Positions 38,208 to 48,136 of a stretch of 64,000 nucleotides of DNA are shown here, piece after piece (position 1 is the first letter of the stretch; every line of letters begins with the position of its first letter). The DNA comes from Elusimicrobiota bacterium (lineage in GTDB: Bacteria > Elusimicrobiota > Elusimicrobia > UBA1565 > JACRDR01): the NCBI GenBank assembly GCA_041694815.1, contig JBGFSC010000010.1, positions 32,001 through 96,000 of the forward strand, given 5' to 3'. The notes beneath the pieces are model-generated. The model was given only the letters and a program-made list of their open reading frames with translations. It did no database searches and had not been told where the DNA came from. The position numbers and the translations under genes were made by a program.

Positions 38208-38620
38208 ATCAGGCGCAGCCGGACGTTGACCTTTCCGCTTTCGGGGTGACGCTCGAAGGCGGCTTGGCGGACTTCGATTCCTGCGGTCCGCAGATCCTCG
38301 AGCCAACGGAGCACGGCCTCGAAGGGGACCGCCTCCAAGACCGCCGAAACGGAGGAATCGCTCTCCAGGGCGATGCTAGAGATTTGCTGACGCACGCCGC
38401 GCCGCCGGGCCGACGCCTCCATCGTCGCAACGAAATCCGAAGCGCGCGCGGACGTCGAGGCCCTCAGGGCCTTTATTTTGCCGGCCTGCAGGCGCATCGT
38501 CACGAGCTTGGCTCTGGCCTCGAGCATTTCCCGCCGCAAGCGGTCGAGGCGCCATCGCATGGGCAAGGCCGACAAAAGCCCAATCGCCCCCGCGGCGGCG
38601 AACGCCCATCCCGCCTTCAT
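38204..38620 (-). CDS. gspM: T2SS protein M
   Basis: TM, coiled coil, VPFEAVLRWL; operon order. Confidence 0.8.
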   Translation of the reverse strand: MKAGWAFAAAGAIGLLSALPMRWRLDRLRREMLEARAKLVTMRLQAGKIKALRASTSARASDFVATMEASARRRGVRQQISSIALESDSSVSAVLEAVPFEAVLRWLEDLRTAGIEVRQAAFERHPESGKVNVRLRLI

Positions 38621-39702
38621 GGCTCGATGGGGCGAATGCGCAATCGCCCCTCCACGACGCCGCCGCGCCCGTCGGCCGCCAGGACCTCCGAGCGCAGCCC
38701 GCGCTCGGAGAGAGCGCGGGAAGCCGCCTCCATCGACTGGAAATCGGGAAAAGTCGAGACGATCAGCAAGGAGCCGTCGGCGTATTCAATCGAGTTCACA
38801 CGGCCGGAGCCCAAGGCCGCGGTCGATCGCGCCAAGAGCGGCAGCAACCCGTGCGCCGCGCCCGGGGACTTGCGTCGCAGCTCCTGCCAGCCCCGCTCCA
38901 TCTGCAGCGCGGGATCGACGACGGCGCGCGTCTGACCAAAGGCCTTGCGGAATTCCGCGAGCATCTCCCGACGGCACGCGCGCAGGCGCCGAGCCGAACG
39001 ACCCCATTCGAAGGCGCCCATGCAGAAGGCGAGGGTAGACCACGCGGCCAATAACAACGCCGCCGGCCGCAGCCCCGCGAGGGCCGAGCTCAGTTCCGCC
39101 GGGGGCGCGAATTCCCCCTGCAGGAGGTTCAGGGGGGCCGGATTCGCCCCGCTCCAGACCGGCTCGCTTCTGAGATCCACCGCAAGCCCAAGCCGGACGC
39201 TCCAACGCGCGGGATCAAAGGAATCCGGGGCTTCGAACACGTCTAGCCCCTGCGGACGATCGGCCGCGCTCGAGAGCATTTTGGCCAGCAGGAAGGGGGG
39301 CCCCTCCTCCTGCCCGCGCCAGGCAAAGCCTTCGAAAGGCCCGCAGCGCCAGCAACTCTCGCCGCCGCCGAAGCCCACGCTCCAGCGGCCCGGGCGCGAC
39401 GGGAGCGCGAGGGCGGAGGGGCAGAGGACGCGCGGCTGTATTCCCTTTTCGCCGAGCTGCCCCAGCCACCGGCGCAAGAGATCTCGGCGGATGACGGCAA
39501 AAGCCAATTCATTTTCGCCCAGGACCTTGAAGCTGAAATGGAGCTGAGCGGCGTCCTGAAGCAGCGATTCCTCCAAAGCGAAGGGGAGGGCGCCGACGAG
39601 CTTGGCGCGCGAGCGCGTGGGGATGCGGACTCGGCCCATGAAAACGTCGGCCGTGGGACACCAATACTGCCCCGCGAGATCCGGTCCTTTAATGACTTCC
39701 AT
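38617..39702 (-). CDS. gspL: T2SS protein L
   Basis: ALPFALEESL, LHF, NLLQGEFAP, VVDP..QM; start uncertain. Confidence 0.85.
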   Translation of the reverse strand: MEVIKGPDLAGQYWCPTADVFMGRVRIPTRSRAKLVGALPFALEESLLQDAAQLHFSFKVLGENELAFAVIRRDLLRRWLGQLGEKGIQPRVLCPSALALPSRPGRWSVGFGGGESCWRCGPFEGFAWRGQEEGPPFLLAKMLSSAADRPQGLDVFEAPDSFDPARWSVRLGLAVDLRSEPVWSGANPAPLNLLQGEFAPPAELSSALAGLRPAALLLAAWSTLAFCMGAFEWGRSARRLRACRREMLAEFRKAFGQTRAVVDPALQMERGWQELRRKSPGAAHGLLPLLARSTAALGSGRVNSIEYADGSLLIVSTFPDFQSMEAASRALSERGLRSEVLAADGRGGVVEGRLRIRPIEP

Positions 39703-40531
39703 GAACCACCCAATGGATCTTCGCCCCTTTCGCCTCGGCGGAACGTTCCGCAAGGCCCATCGAACGCCTCAAGGCCCGATTGAGCCGGGTCTGGGCCTCG
39801 ATTAGGAAAAAATCCGTTCGGACCCCGTAGACGCCCTCGCTTTCCGGGGCCCTGCCCGCGCGCATGATGAATTGGGCCTTGTTCGAGAAGGGCTCACGGC
39901 TCCGAGCGGCGAGCAATTGGGCGAGGCGCTGCTCGGAGGTCCCGGCGAAAAGCGCCGCCAAGAGCCGAGGTTCGGCCGTGTTTACGTTGACCTCGGTTGG
40001 CCGAGGAAGGGCGATGAGCAGCGGGCGCAGGCGGCGCATCGCCTCCTCGTCGGCTCCGATCTCGCGCAGCTCCTCGGGGCTTTTGAGGCTACCTCTCTCC
40101 TGCAGCATCGAGAATGCTGCCTCCGTCAAGGCCGCGGGAACCCCCGCGGCCTGCGTCAAACGCGCGAATACCCGCGCGTCGGCGGCGCTGCGCCCGCCTC
40201 CGCGGAGCAGGCTGTTGAGATTGAAACGCGCCTGCGCGTCCCGCAGCCGCAGCGTCGTTTGGGCGCCCGGGATCTCGAGCGGGAACTCCCCAGTCCAGCG
40301 CCTAGCCCTCTGATCCAGGTCGCCATCCTCCTTTTCGCCGACAAGGCGTGCGGCCGCCCAACGGATGGCCGAGAGATTGCATAGGTCGGCCTGCAGGCGG
40401 TCCCTAACGTTTTCCACCCGGCGCATCCAGAGCCATTGCGACCAGCTCAGGCCGGAGGCCACGACGGAGACCACCGCCACCGTCAAGAGCGCCGGAATCA
40501 ACGCGACGCCGGCGTTGTTAACATCGTTCAT
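39689..40531 (-). CDS. gspK: T2SS minor pseudopilin K
   Basis: G|VALI, DAQARFNLNSL, VNVNTA. Confidence 0.88.
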   Translation of the reverse strand: MNDVNNAGVALIPALLTVAVVSVVASGLSWSQWLWMRRVENVRDRLQADLCNLSAIRWAAARLVGEKEDGDLDQRARRWTGEFPLEIPGAQTTLRLRDAQARFNLNSLLRGGGRSAADARVFARLTQAAGVPAALTEAAFSMLQERGSLKSPEELREIGADEEAMRRLRPLLIALPRPTEVNVNTAEPRLLAALFAGTSEQRLAQLLAARSREPFSNKAQFIMRAGRAPESEGVYGVRTDFFLIEAQTRLNRALRRSMGLAERSAEAKGAKIHWVVHGSH

Positions 40532-41109
40532 GGCATCGGCGCCAACTGCCGCCTAAATTCCCCGCGGCCGCCCATGTCGACGGTGATCTCGATGCGCGCT
40601 GGGAGTTCCTCCAATCCGCTCTCGACGGCCGCAGGCGGCCAGCGGTCGCAAGCCATTCCCGAAGAGGATCGGAAGCGAAGCCTGAAATTCGACACGCCCG
40701 AAAGCAGGGGAACGGGCCTGACGCGAAGAATCGAGGCGCGTTCGGCCAGCGGCAGGGACGCCCGCCAGAGCGTTCCCTCGCTTAAACGAAACGCCACGCG
40801 TTCGAGTCCCGGGGAATCGGAGGCTTCGAGCGGGGCTCGCCACCTCGTTAATTCCAGCTCGCCCCCCTCGGCCAGCAGCGCGGCTCTCCGGCGGCCATCG
40901 GGACCGCGGACGGAGCGCGGACAGGCCTGGCCGACATCTTCTTGCAGGCGCAGGAGCGCGGCGGAAAGGGAGTTCCAAAAGCGCCGCTCCTCTTCGAGGC
41001 GGTCGCGGCAGGCCAGCGCCCGGCCCAAGGCCGCGTACGACATGCTCGAGACGAGGGCGAAGACGCCCACGGCCACCATCATCTCCAAGAGGGTGAATCC
41101 GCGCCTCAC
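40528..41109 (-). CDS. gspJ: T2SS minor pseudopilin J
   Basis: RRG|FTLLEMMVA, PRSVR, LLSGV, WPP; GTG start overlapping gspI stop. Confidence 0.88.
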   Translation of the reverse strand: MRRGFTLLEMMVAVGVFALVSSMSYAALGRALACRDRLEEERRFWNSLSAALLRLQEDVGQACPRSVRGPDGRRRAALLAEGGELELTRWRAPLEASDSPGLERVAFRLSEGTLWRASLPLAERASILRVRPVPLLSGVSNFRLRFRSSSGMACDRWPPAAVESGLEELPARIEITVDMGGRGEFRRQLAPMP

Positions 41110-41468
41110 GGACCCCTCCAAACCAGGCCGCTCAACGAGGCTAGGACGGGGGCCTCGCGCCCCGAACGGACCTCGACCGTCAAGACCGCCAAGGGCCCGG
41201 TGCCCGAAGGAACGCTCCGGACGCGGCAGCTCCAATCGCGCCCTCCCCAGGCGAAAACGCTATCTACAGAGGCCGGCCCGGAGCCTTCCGCCTGGCGGCC
41301 CCAGAGCTCCTCGGCCACCCAGACCGCCATGGCGCGCTCGCGGAGAGCGGCGCTTAAGTCGATCGCCTGCAGGAGGGCTCCCAATAACGCCGACAATGCG
41401 ATGGCCAGCACCGCCAAGGAGACCAACACTTCCAGCAAGGTGAACCCCCGAACCCTCACGCGGCGCAT
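41106..41468 (-). CDS. gspI: T2SS minor pseudopilin I
   Basis: RG|FTLLEVLVSLAVLAIA, A.WVAE. Confidence 0.85.
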   Translation of the reverse strand: MRRVRVRGFTLLEVLVSLAVLAIALSALLGALLQAIDLSAALRERAMAVWVAEELWGRQAEGSGPASVDSVFAWGGRDWSCRVRSVPSGTGPLAVLTVEVRSGREAPVLASLSGLVWRGP

Positions 41469-41941
41469 CGGCTGAGCAGGGCCTCCCCTCCCGGGCCGAC
41501 GTCGATCCTCCACCCATGGCCCTCGCGGCTCACGCAAAAGCCGAAGGAGAAGGCACCGTCCGGGGATAGAACCAGCCTTCCGACATCCGGCACGGAACTC
41601 TCGGCGGGCCATCGGCGTCCTTTCCACGGAGCGTCCCTAAGACGCTCAAACGTTCCCTTCTCCGTCATAACCTCGAAGTGGTACTCGGACGCATCCAGCA
41701 CCAGGGCCAAGGGCCTACCAAGAATCGCCGCCTCCGACGCTGCCGCCTCGATCAAGGCTGCCAGGCGCTCGGCCTCCTCGCGCAGCGGGTCTCTGCGATA
41801 GTCGAAGGAAACGAGCGCGAACAGAACTCCCATGATGGCGAGCACGGCGAGCAGCTCGATCAAGGTAAATCCTCCTGACCCATCGACGCCACCCGCGCCC
41901 GCCTTTTTAAGGGTCAAGATCCCAAGAGCCGATATCGGCAT
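41456..41941 (-). CDS. gspH: T2SS minor pseudopilin H
   Basis: MPISA.G start overlapping gspG; GG|FTLIELL; EAERLAAL. Confidence 0.82.
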   Translation of the reverse strand: MPISALGILTLKKAGAGGVDGSGGFTLIELLAVLAIMGVLFALVSFDYRRDPLREEAERLAALIEAAASEAAILGRPLALVLDASEYHFEVMTEKGTFERLRDAPWKGRRWPAESSVPDVGRLVLSPDGAFSFGFCVSREGHGWRIDVGPGGEALLSRCAA

Positions 41942-42308
41942 TAAAGCCCTCCCCCCCCGGGCGTCCGTCCGCCCCGTAACTGAACACGTCGAGCTCCCCT
42001 CGCAGCCCGGGATACAGATACTGGTATTCCCGACGCCACGGGTCGAGCGGCAGGCGGTCGAGGTACGGCCGCCCCCTCTCGGGCTGGACCAGTGCCGCCA
42101 AGCCACTATCGGCTGTCGGATAAGCTCGATGATCGAGATGGTACAGCTTGAGCGCGCTGACGATGGCGCGTATGTCGCTTTTGGCCGCGATGACTCGGGC
42201 CTGCTCGGGACGATCCATCACCCGCGGCACGATCATCGCGGCCAGAATCCCCAGGATGGCCACCACCACAAGCAGCTCGATCAAGGTGAACCCCGGGCGT
42301 GACTTCAT
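41907..42308 (-). CDS. gspG: T2SS major pseudopilin G
   Basis: G|FTLIELLVV, ALKLY.LD, YPT..GL.AL, DPW..Y.Y..PG, SYGADG.PGGEG..ADI. Confidence 0.95.
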   Translation of the reverse strand: MKSRPGFTLIELLVVVAILGILAAMIVPRVMDRPEQARVIAAKSDIRAIVSALKLYHLDHRAYPTADSGLAALVQPERGRPYLDRLPLDPWRREYQYLYPGLRGELDVFSYGADGRPGGEGFNADIGSWDLDP

Positions 42309-43513
42309 CGGAGCAGTTGGTTCATCTGCATGATGGGCGAGAGGATCGCCAAAACGATGAATAGGACGATGGCGCCCATGACCAGGATCAGAGCGGGTTC
42401 GAGCGCCGCGGTCAGGGTCGCGATCCAATTCTGCAGCTCGCGGGCCTGGGCCGCGGCGGCTTGCGCAAGCATCTCGTCGAGCTTGCCGCTGCTCTCTCCT
42501 CCCGCGACGAGGTGGACGAGCAGCGGCGAGAAGAGCTTGGACCGGCCCAGGGCCGTGGAAAGCGCTCCGCCGTCTTCGACCTCCCTCAAGGCGCGCTCCA
42601 TCGCCTCGCGCATGGCGAGATTGCGCACGAGCGGGATGGAACTACCTAAGGCCGCCAGCAAGGGAACCCCGCTGGCCGTCAATATCCCGAGAGTGCTCGC
42701 CAGGCGTGCGCCGTTGACGGTTCGGATCAATCGCCCGGCGACGGGAAGGCGCAGTAGCCTCGCGTGGACCGCCGCACGCACGCGGGGCCGGCTCCAACAG
42801 GCCTTCGCGACGGCCGCGACCGCAAAGGCCCCCGCCAACGAGCCGAGCAGGATGGCGCGCGCTCCTTCGCTGGCCGCCAAGAGAATTCGGGTGGCCAGAG
42901 GCAGCGCTCCTCCGGAGCCCGCGAAAACCCGGGTGACCTGCGGTACCACGTAGGCCAGCAGGCCGAAGACGATGGCGGCCGCCACGCCGGTAACCAAGGA
43001 GGGATAAATCAAGGCCAGCAGCAGCTTCTGGCGGATGGCCTGCTGCTCCTCGACATAATAGGCAAGGCGCTCAAGCACCTCGCCCAGGTCTCCCGACTGC
43101 TCTCCGGCCGCCACCATATGGCGGTAGAGCTCGTCGAAAACCTTGGGCTGTGCTGCCATCGCCGCCGCCAAGGATTGCCCTTCCAGGACGCGGCTGCGCA
43201 ATTCCGCCAGGGCCGCGCGTGAACGCAGGGACGTGGACTGCTCGATTGAGGCCGCCAAGCATTCGACGATCGGGATGCCCGCCTTGACCAGCGTCGCGAA
43301 TTGACGCGTGAAAAGCACCAAGGCATCCCTCGACATGGCGCGACGGGGGCGCCGCTTCTCGCGTCGTCCCTGGGGCGAAACCCTCTCGACCCGCACGGCC
43401 CACAGGCCACGCCGACGTAGCTCCATTCGAGCCTGGCGCTGGGCGTCGGCCTCGATGACCCCCTTACGCGTTCTTCCCTGCAGGTCCAAGGCGTCGTATT
43501 CGAAGGCAGGCAT
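42305..43513 (-). CDS. gspF: T2SS inner-membrane platform F
   Basis: MPAFEY.ALD..G, FTRQFATL, AGEQSGDL, GESSGKL, LEP. Confidence 0.95.
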   Translation of the reverse strand: MPAFEYDALDLQGRTRKGVIEADAQRQARMELRRRGLWAVRVERVSPQGRREKRRPRRAMSRDALVLFTRQFATLVKAGIPIVECLAASIEQSTSLRSRAALAELRSRVLEGQSLAAAMAAQPKVFDELYRHMVAAGEQSGDLGEVLERLAYYVEEQQAIRQKLLLALIYPSLVTGVAAAIVFGLLAYVVPQVTRVFAGSGGALPLATRILLAASEGARAILLGSLAGAFAVAAVAKACWSRPRVRAAVHARLLRLPVAGRLIRTVNGARLASTLGILTASGVPLLAALGSSIPLVRNLAMREAMERALREVEDGGALSTALGRSKLFSPLLVHLVAGGESSGKLDEMLAQAAAAQARELQNWIATLTAALEPALILVMGAIVLFIVLAILSPIMQMNQLLR

Positions 43514-43516
43514 CGC

Positions 43517-44983
43517 TTATTCCTGCGTCACCCTTTCGATCTCCTCCATGCTGCTTGTCCCCGATAGGACCCAGCGCCAGCCATCCTCGCGCAGATCGCG
43601 CATTCCCGCCTGGCGCGCCGCCTCGCGCAACCGCTGCTCGGAGGCCCGCTCGTGGATCAAAAAGCGAAGGGATTCGTCGATGAGGAGCAGTTCGTATATT
43701 CCCGTACGCCCCCAATAGCCGGTCTCGGCACAGGCGGCGCAGCCGGCAGGGGAAAAGAGCGAGGCCCGCTCCAACCGCAGCCTCCGCTGTTCCTCCGGGC
43801 TGGCCTGCCTGGGCTTCTTACAGCGGGGGCATAACTTGCGGATCAGCCGCTGGGCCAGCACTCCCAGCAGGCTCGAGGCGACCAGGAATGGCTCCACGCC
43901 CAGGTCGACCAAGCGGGTAACGGCCCCGAGGGAATCGTTCGTATGCAGCGTCGCCAATACGAGATGCCCGGTGAGGCTAGCTTGGACGGCGCTACGGGCG
44001 GTCTCCAAGTCCCGGATCTCGCCGATGAGCACGACGTCGGGGTCCTGCCGCAGGATGGCGCGCAGGGCACGCGCGAAGGTGAGCCCGATCTTGGCATTGA
44101 CCTGCGTCTGCCCGATGCCCTCGAGATCGTACTCAATGGGATCCTCGACGGTCACGATATTGAGTTCCTTGGTATTGAGCTCCCCCAGGGCGCCGTAGAG
44201 CGTCGTCGTCTTCCCGGAGCCGGTCGGCCCGGTGGCCAATATCATGCCGTGAGGTCTACCGACAAGCTCGCGGAGCAGGCGCAGGGTCTCGGGAGCCATC
44301 CCCAATTCGGGCAGCCGCAGGCGGCCCGCCTGCTTGTCGAGCAGGCGCAGCACTACCCTCTCGCCATGGCGGGTCGGCAAGGTGGAGACGCGTACGTCGA
44401 CGGGACGTCCGCCTACTCGCAGCGTGAAATGCCCGTCCTGCGGCATGCGCTTCTCGGCGATGTCGAGATGGGCCAGTATCTTGATCCTCGATACGATCAG
44501 GACGTGAAGCGCTTGCTGGGAGCTCAAGCGGTCCTGCAGCACCCCGTCGATGCGAAAGCGCACCAGGGAACGGGTCTCGAAGGGTTCGATATGGATGTCG
44601 GAGGCCCCCTCCTTCTCGGCCTGGCTCAGCAAGGCGTTGATGAGGCGCACGACGGGCGCGGCATCGGAACCCTCCAGCAGGTCCTTAGCCTTGGGGATAT
44701 TCTCGGCGAGCGCGGCCAAGTCGGTGTCGCCCAACCCTTGGGCGATCTCTCGAGCCTGCTGCATTCCTTCCTCGTAGGCCTGGCGCAGGGCGGCGTCGAA
44801 CTCCTCCTCGCCGAGCTCGAAGATGCGGAGGGCCCCGAAACAGCGCTGCAGCTCCGCCAAGGCCGCGGGGGAGGCGTTCGGGCTCACGCCGACCACGGCC
44901 CCAGCCGTCCCGACCTCACGCAGAAGCACCCCGTTGGCCTTCGCGAAGGAGTAGGGCATCTTGCTCGCGCTCTCAGCGTCCAT
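43517..44983 (-). CDS. gspE: T2SS ATPase E
   Basis: YSFAK, DAAPVVRLINALL, GPTGSGKTTTLY, LRQDPD. Confidence 0.95.
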   Translation of the reverse strand: MDAESASKMPYSFAKANGVLLREVGTAGAVVGVSPNASPAALAELQRCFGALRIFELGEEEFDAALRQAYEEGMQQAREIAQGLGDTDLAALAENIPKAKDLLEGSDAAPVVRLINALLSQAEKEGASDIHIEPFETRSLVRFRIDGVLQDRLSSQQALHVLIVSRIKILAHLDIAEKRMPQDGHFTLRVGGRPVDVRVSTLPTRHGERVVLRLLDKQAGRLRLPELGMAPETLRLLRELVGRPHGMILATGPTGSGKTTTLYGALGELNTKELNIVTVEDPIEYDLEGIGQTQVNAKIGLTFARALRAILRQDPDVVLIGEIRDLETARSAVQASLTGHLVLATLHTNDSLGAVTRLVDLGVEPFLVASSLLGVLAQRLIRKLCPRCKKPRQASPEEQRRLRLERASLFSPAGCAACAETGYWGRTGIYELLLIDESLRFLIHERASEQRLREAARQAGMRDLREDGWRWVLSGTSSMEEIERVTQE

Positions 44984-46988
44984 TGCTTTCGATAGTCAAC
45001 GGGACGACCTCGGTCGAGGAGCTTATCTTAGGCAACAAGGGGGTCGAATAGGTTTCCAATACCGGAGAGGGTTTAAGCCTCACCGCACCCTCCTGCGCCC
45101 GGATGAACTCGTAACGGTCGATCCCGATGCGCCACGCCTCCTGGGAGCTGCGCACGACCTGCGGCCTCAGGAAGACCATGAGGTTGATCTTCTCCTTGCG
45201 CCGGTCGCGGAATTTAAAGAGCTCGCCCAAAAGGGGGATGCGGCTCAACAAGGGAACCGCGTCCACGTTCTCGGTGACCGTGTCCTGTATGAGCCCGCCG
45301 AGAACCACGATATGCCCGTCTTCCACCGTTACGGTGGCCTCGAGCGAGCGTTTGTTGGTGATGAGGTCCTGCGCCTGCGCCAGGGAGGTGGGGACGATGC
45401 TCGAAACCTCCTGGAATATCTGCAGCTTAATTTGCCCTCCCTCGGAAATCTGAGGCTTGATCTTGAGGGTCAAGCCTACGTCCTTGCGTTCGATCGTCTG
45501 GAAAGGGTTGACGCCGCCGGCCCCGGCCACCGCCTGGGCGAAGCGTCCCGTTAGGAAGGGCACGTTCTGTCCGATCATGATGCGCGCCTCGGAGTTATCC
45601 AGGGTGAGGAGGTCGGGGGTCGAAAGGATATTGACGCTGCTGTCTCGCTCGAGGGCTCGCGCCAACGCCGCCAGGCCCGCCACGCGGCTTCCGTCCGGCA
45701 GGGTGACGTTGTTGGAGAGATACCCGATGGTCAGGCCGTCCGGCGCCGCCGCGAAGGCCGCGGCGGGATTGGCCGCGACCGCCATCGCCGAAGGCCCGGC
45801 GGCGGATGCGTTGCCGACCGCCCCGAACGCTCCCTTGCCCACCTTTTTCGCCGCTCCCCATTGGATGCCGAATTGCGCGGCCTTGTTGATCGTCACCTCG
45901 GCGATCAACGCCTCCACGAAAACCTGCGCCCTCGCGGTGTCTAGGCGCTCGATCACCCCCCGGAGGTTATTGTAGGTCGTCTCGGGCGCGCTGATGACCA
46001 GGGCGTTAGAGGACTCGTCGAACTGCACAAGCGCCTCTTCCGCGGTCGGGGCCCCCGCCGAACCGGAGGCCTTGCCGTTGATAAGGCCGCGGAGTATCTC
46101 GGCCATCCTCTTGGCCTCCGCGTTCCTCAGATAGACGACGCGCGCCTGCTGGGTCGAATTGGCGGGGACGTCGAGCTTGGCGATGAGCGAACGCAGACTC
46201 TCGAGCTGCGCCGGATTGGGCGCCCGGGCCAGGATACTGTTGCTGCGGGCGTCCGCGACGGCGGTGAAGCGCCGCTCCGTGGAATCGCGGCCCTCCGACA
46301 GCTTGCCCAAGAGCTGCGCGACGTCGAGGGCCGAGGCGTTCCTAATCGGAATGACCGCCACCTGCCCGTCGTCGCGCCGATCGAGGTCCTCGATGACGCG
46401 TAGGAGCGAGCGGATATTCGAGGCGGTGGCCGTGAGGATCAGCGTATTGGCCGGAGCGTACACCGAGACCTGCGCCTCGGGCTCGAGCAGGGGTTTGAGC
46501 AGCGCGGCGATCTGCGAGGCTGCGGCGTGCTCCACCGGCACGATCTGGGTGATCCAGCGGTGCCCCTCCCCGGGACCGCGCCCTTCGACAACCCTGGCCC
46601 GCTGCTTCGCCTCGCCCTCCCGAACGATCCGGATGACCCCGCCAGGACTGCGCACCGCGGCGAAGCCCGCGCTCTGCAAGGCCGCCAAGAAGATCTGGTA
46701 GGCGTCGCCGCGGGAAACGGGCTTCGAGGAGATGATGGTGATCTTGCCCTGCGCCTTGGGGTCCAATAGGAAATTGTAGCCGGTGATCTGCGACATCGCC
46801 TTCACCACGGCCTGCAGGTCGGTCTCATGGAAATTCAACAGCATCTGCTGGGATGCATGCGCCGCCGGCGAGGAAATCTGCGGCGGCTCCTGGCCTAGGC
46901 CGACGATGGGGCTCAAGGAGCCCGCGCCGGCCAAAAGCCAGCCGGCCCTATTCAAGACGATAATACCGATGCTCGATCTTGCCTTCAC
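44973..46988 (-). CDS. gspD: T2SS secretin D
   Basis: LNF.ETDL, N0-N3 domains, QVFVEALIAEV, GQNVPF.TG, TIERKDVG; start uncertain. Confidence 0.95.
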   Translation of the reverse strand: MKARSSIGIIVLNRAGWLLAGAGSLSPIVGLGQEPPQISSPAAHASQQMLLNFHETDLQAVVKAMSQITGYNFLLDPKAQGKITIISSKPVSRGDAYQIFLAALQSAGFAAVRSPGGVIRIVREGEAKQRARVVEGRGPGEGHRWITQIVPVEHAAASQIAALLKPLLEPEAQVSVYAPANTLILTATASNIRSLLRVIEDLDRRDDGQVAVIPIRNASALDVAQLLGKLSEGRDSTERRFTAVADARSNSILARAPNPAQLESLRSLIAKLDVPANSTQQARVVYLRNAEAKRMAEILRGLINGKASGSAGAPTAEEALVQFDESSNALVISAPETTYNNLRGVIERLDTARAQVFVEALIAEVTINKAAQFGIQWGAAKKVGKGAFGAVGNASAAGPSAMAVAANPAAAFAAAPDGLTIGYLSNNVTLPDGSRVAGLAALARALERDSSVNILSTPDLLTLDNSEARIMIGQNVPFLTGRFAQAVAGAGGVNPFQTIERKDVGLTLKIKPQISEGGQIKLQIFQEVSSIVPTSLAQAQDLITNKRSLEATVTVEDGHIVVLGGLIQDTVTENVDAVPLLSRIPLLGELFKFRDRRKEKINLMVFLRPQVVRSSQEAWRIGIDRYEFIRAQEGAVRLKPSPVLETYSTPLLPKISSSTEVVPLTIESNGR

Positions 46989-47808
46989 GGCTTACCTCGA
47001 GCTCAAGCCTCGTCGAAGAGCTGAGACTTCGATGGGCTCCCGCCAAATCGTCCGCGGAACTCAAGGCCCTGCCGTTGACGGCGCGGATCACCTCGCCCGG
47101 TCGCAGTCCCATGGCGCTCAGAAATCCCGTGGGCGGCAACTCGCGAATCAAGAGGCCGCCGTTCGGCAGCGGGACGACCTTGAGGCCATCGAATAAGTCC
47201 GCCGCCTGCCATCCCGACTCCAACAGGCGCCGCGGCACCGCGTATCGGTTGCCATCGAGGCGTCGAACTGCGCCCGAGGCCGAGGATTCGCGCGGCGCGA
47301 AGGCGACCGCCTGCACCAACCCCTCCGCTTGCCGGCTTCCCGCCAACAAAAGGCTCTCGGAGCCTTGCCCCCGGCGCAGCAAGACCCGGTCCTTGAACAC
47401 CGCCTCCAGCACGACACCGGGCGCCACGCTCTCTCCGATCCGGAAGGCCTCCTGAGGCCGGCCCTCCCGGCTGATGAGGGCGACGCTCTCGGCCCCGGCT
47501 TCCATAACGCCCGCCAAAGCCAGGTTCAGGCCGCTCGGCGGGGCCAGCGCCGCCTCAGCGATGCTGGCCCCGCCCCCGAAGGGATTGGCCGACAAGACCG
47601 TATCGAGCAGCATCTGTGGCTCCTCCGCCTTCTCCATGTAGAGGCGCAACATCGGCTCGCTTTCGAGATTACACAGCCTCCAAGTCCAACGCGCCATTGA
47701 ATCCGCGGCCAGAAGAACGCTCAAGCCCATCACGCCACGGCGCACCCAAGGCTTGGAGAGCCACGCGGCGATATCTGCTTGGAGCGCCGCAGGCACGGAG
47801 CGCCTCAC
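46948..47808 (-). CDS. gspC: T2SS protein C with PDZ-like domain
   Basis: TM, HR domain (L.L.GV..., V..DRV.L), GLRPGEVIRAVNG. Confidence 0.85.
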   Translation of the reverse strand: MRRSVPAALQADIAAWLSKPWVRRGVMGLSVLLAADSMARWTWRLCNLESEPMLRLYMEKAEEPQMLLDTVLSANPFGGGASIAEAALAPPSGLNLALAGVMEAGAESVALISREGRPQEAFRIGESVAPGVVLEAVFKDRVLLRRGQGSESLLLAGSRQAEGLVQAVAFAPRESSASGAVRRLDGNRYAVPRRLLESGWQAADLFDGLKVVPLPNGGLLIRELPPTGFLSAMGLRPGEVIRAVNGRALSSADDLAGAHRSLSSSTRLELEVSREGKIEHRYYRLE

Positions 47809-48119
47809 GCTCCCGTCAGCGGCTCAGGCTCGGTGTCTTCCGGAGTCTCGGGCGTGTAGCCCGATATGTCCACCGGTTCCTCGTTCTCCGGCGAGGTGGC
47901 GGCCAATGTCTTGACCGCCTGGGTGAAGCTCCCGCTCGGGGGCGGTTGCTGCGGCTGGGGATTGGGCCCCGGGTTGGGAGTGGGGCTCGGATTCGAACCC
48001 GGCTGCTGGCTTTGCGGGGCCGTGCTGGCCGTGGGCCCCGAGCCTCCACCGCCTCCGCCGCAGGCTGACAGCAGCAGCGCCGCCGAGACGCCGCCCAGCA
48101 TCATCCATGATCGATTCAT
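47805..48119 (-). CDS. Small Gly/Pro-rich lipoprotein
   Basis: Lipobox LLSAC, GGGGGG, PNP/PQP linker, acidic EPVDI...EDTEP tail; GTGA overlap with gspC. Confidence 0.8.
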   Translation of the reverse strand: MNRSWMMLGGVSAALLLSACGGGGGGSGPTASTAPQSQQPGSNPSPTPNPGPNPQPQQPPPSGSFTQAVKTLAATSPENEEPVDISGYTPETPEDTEPEPLTGA

Positions 48120-48136
48120 AGCATCCTCCCCGACAA

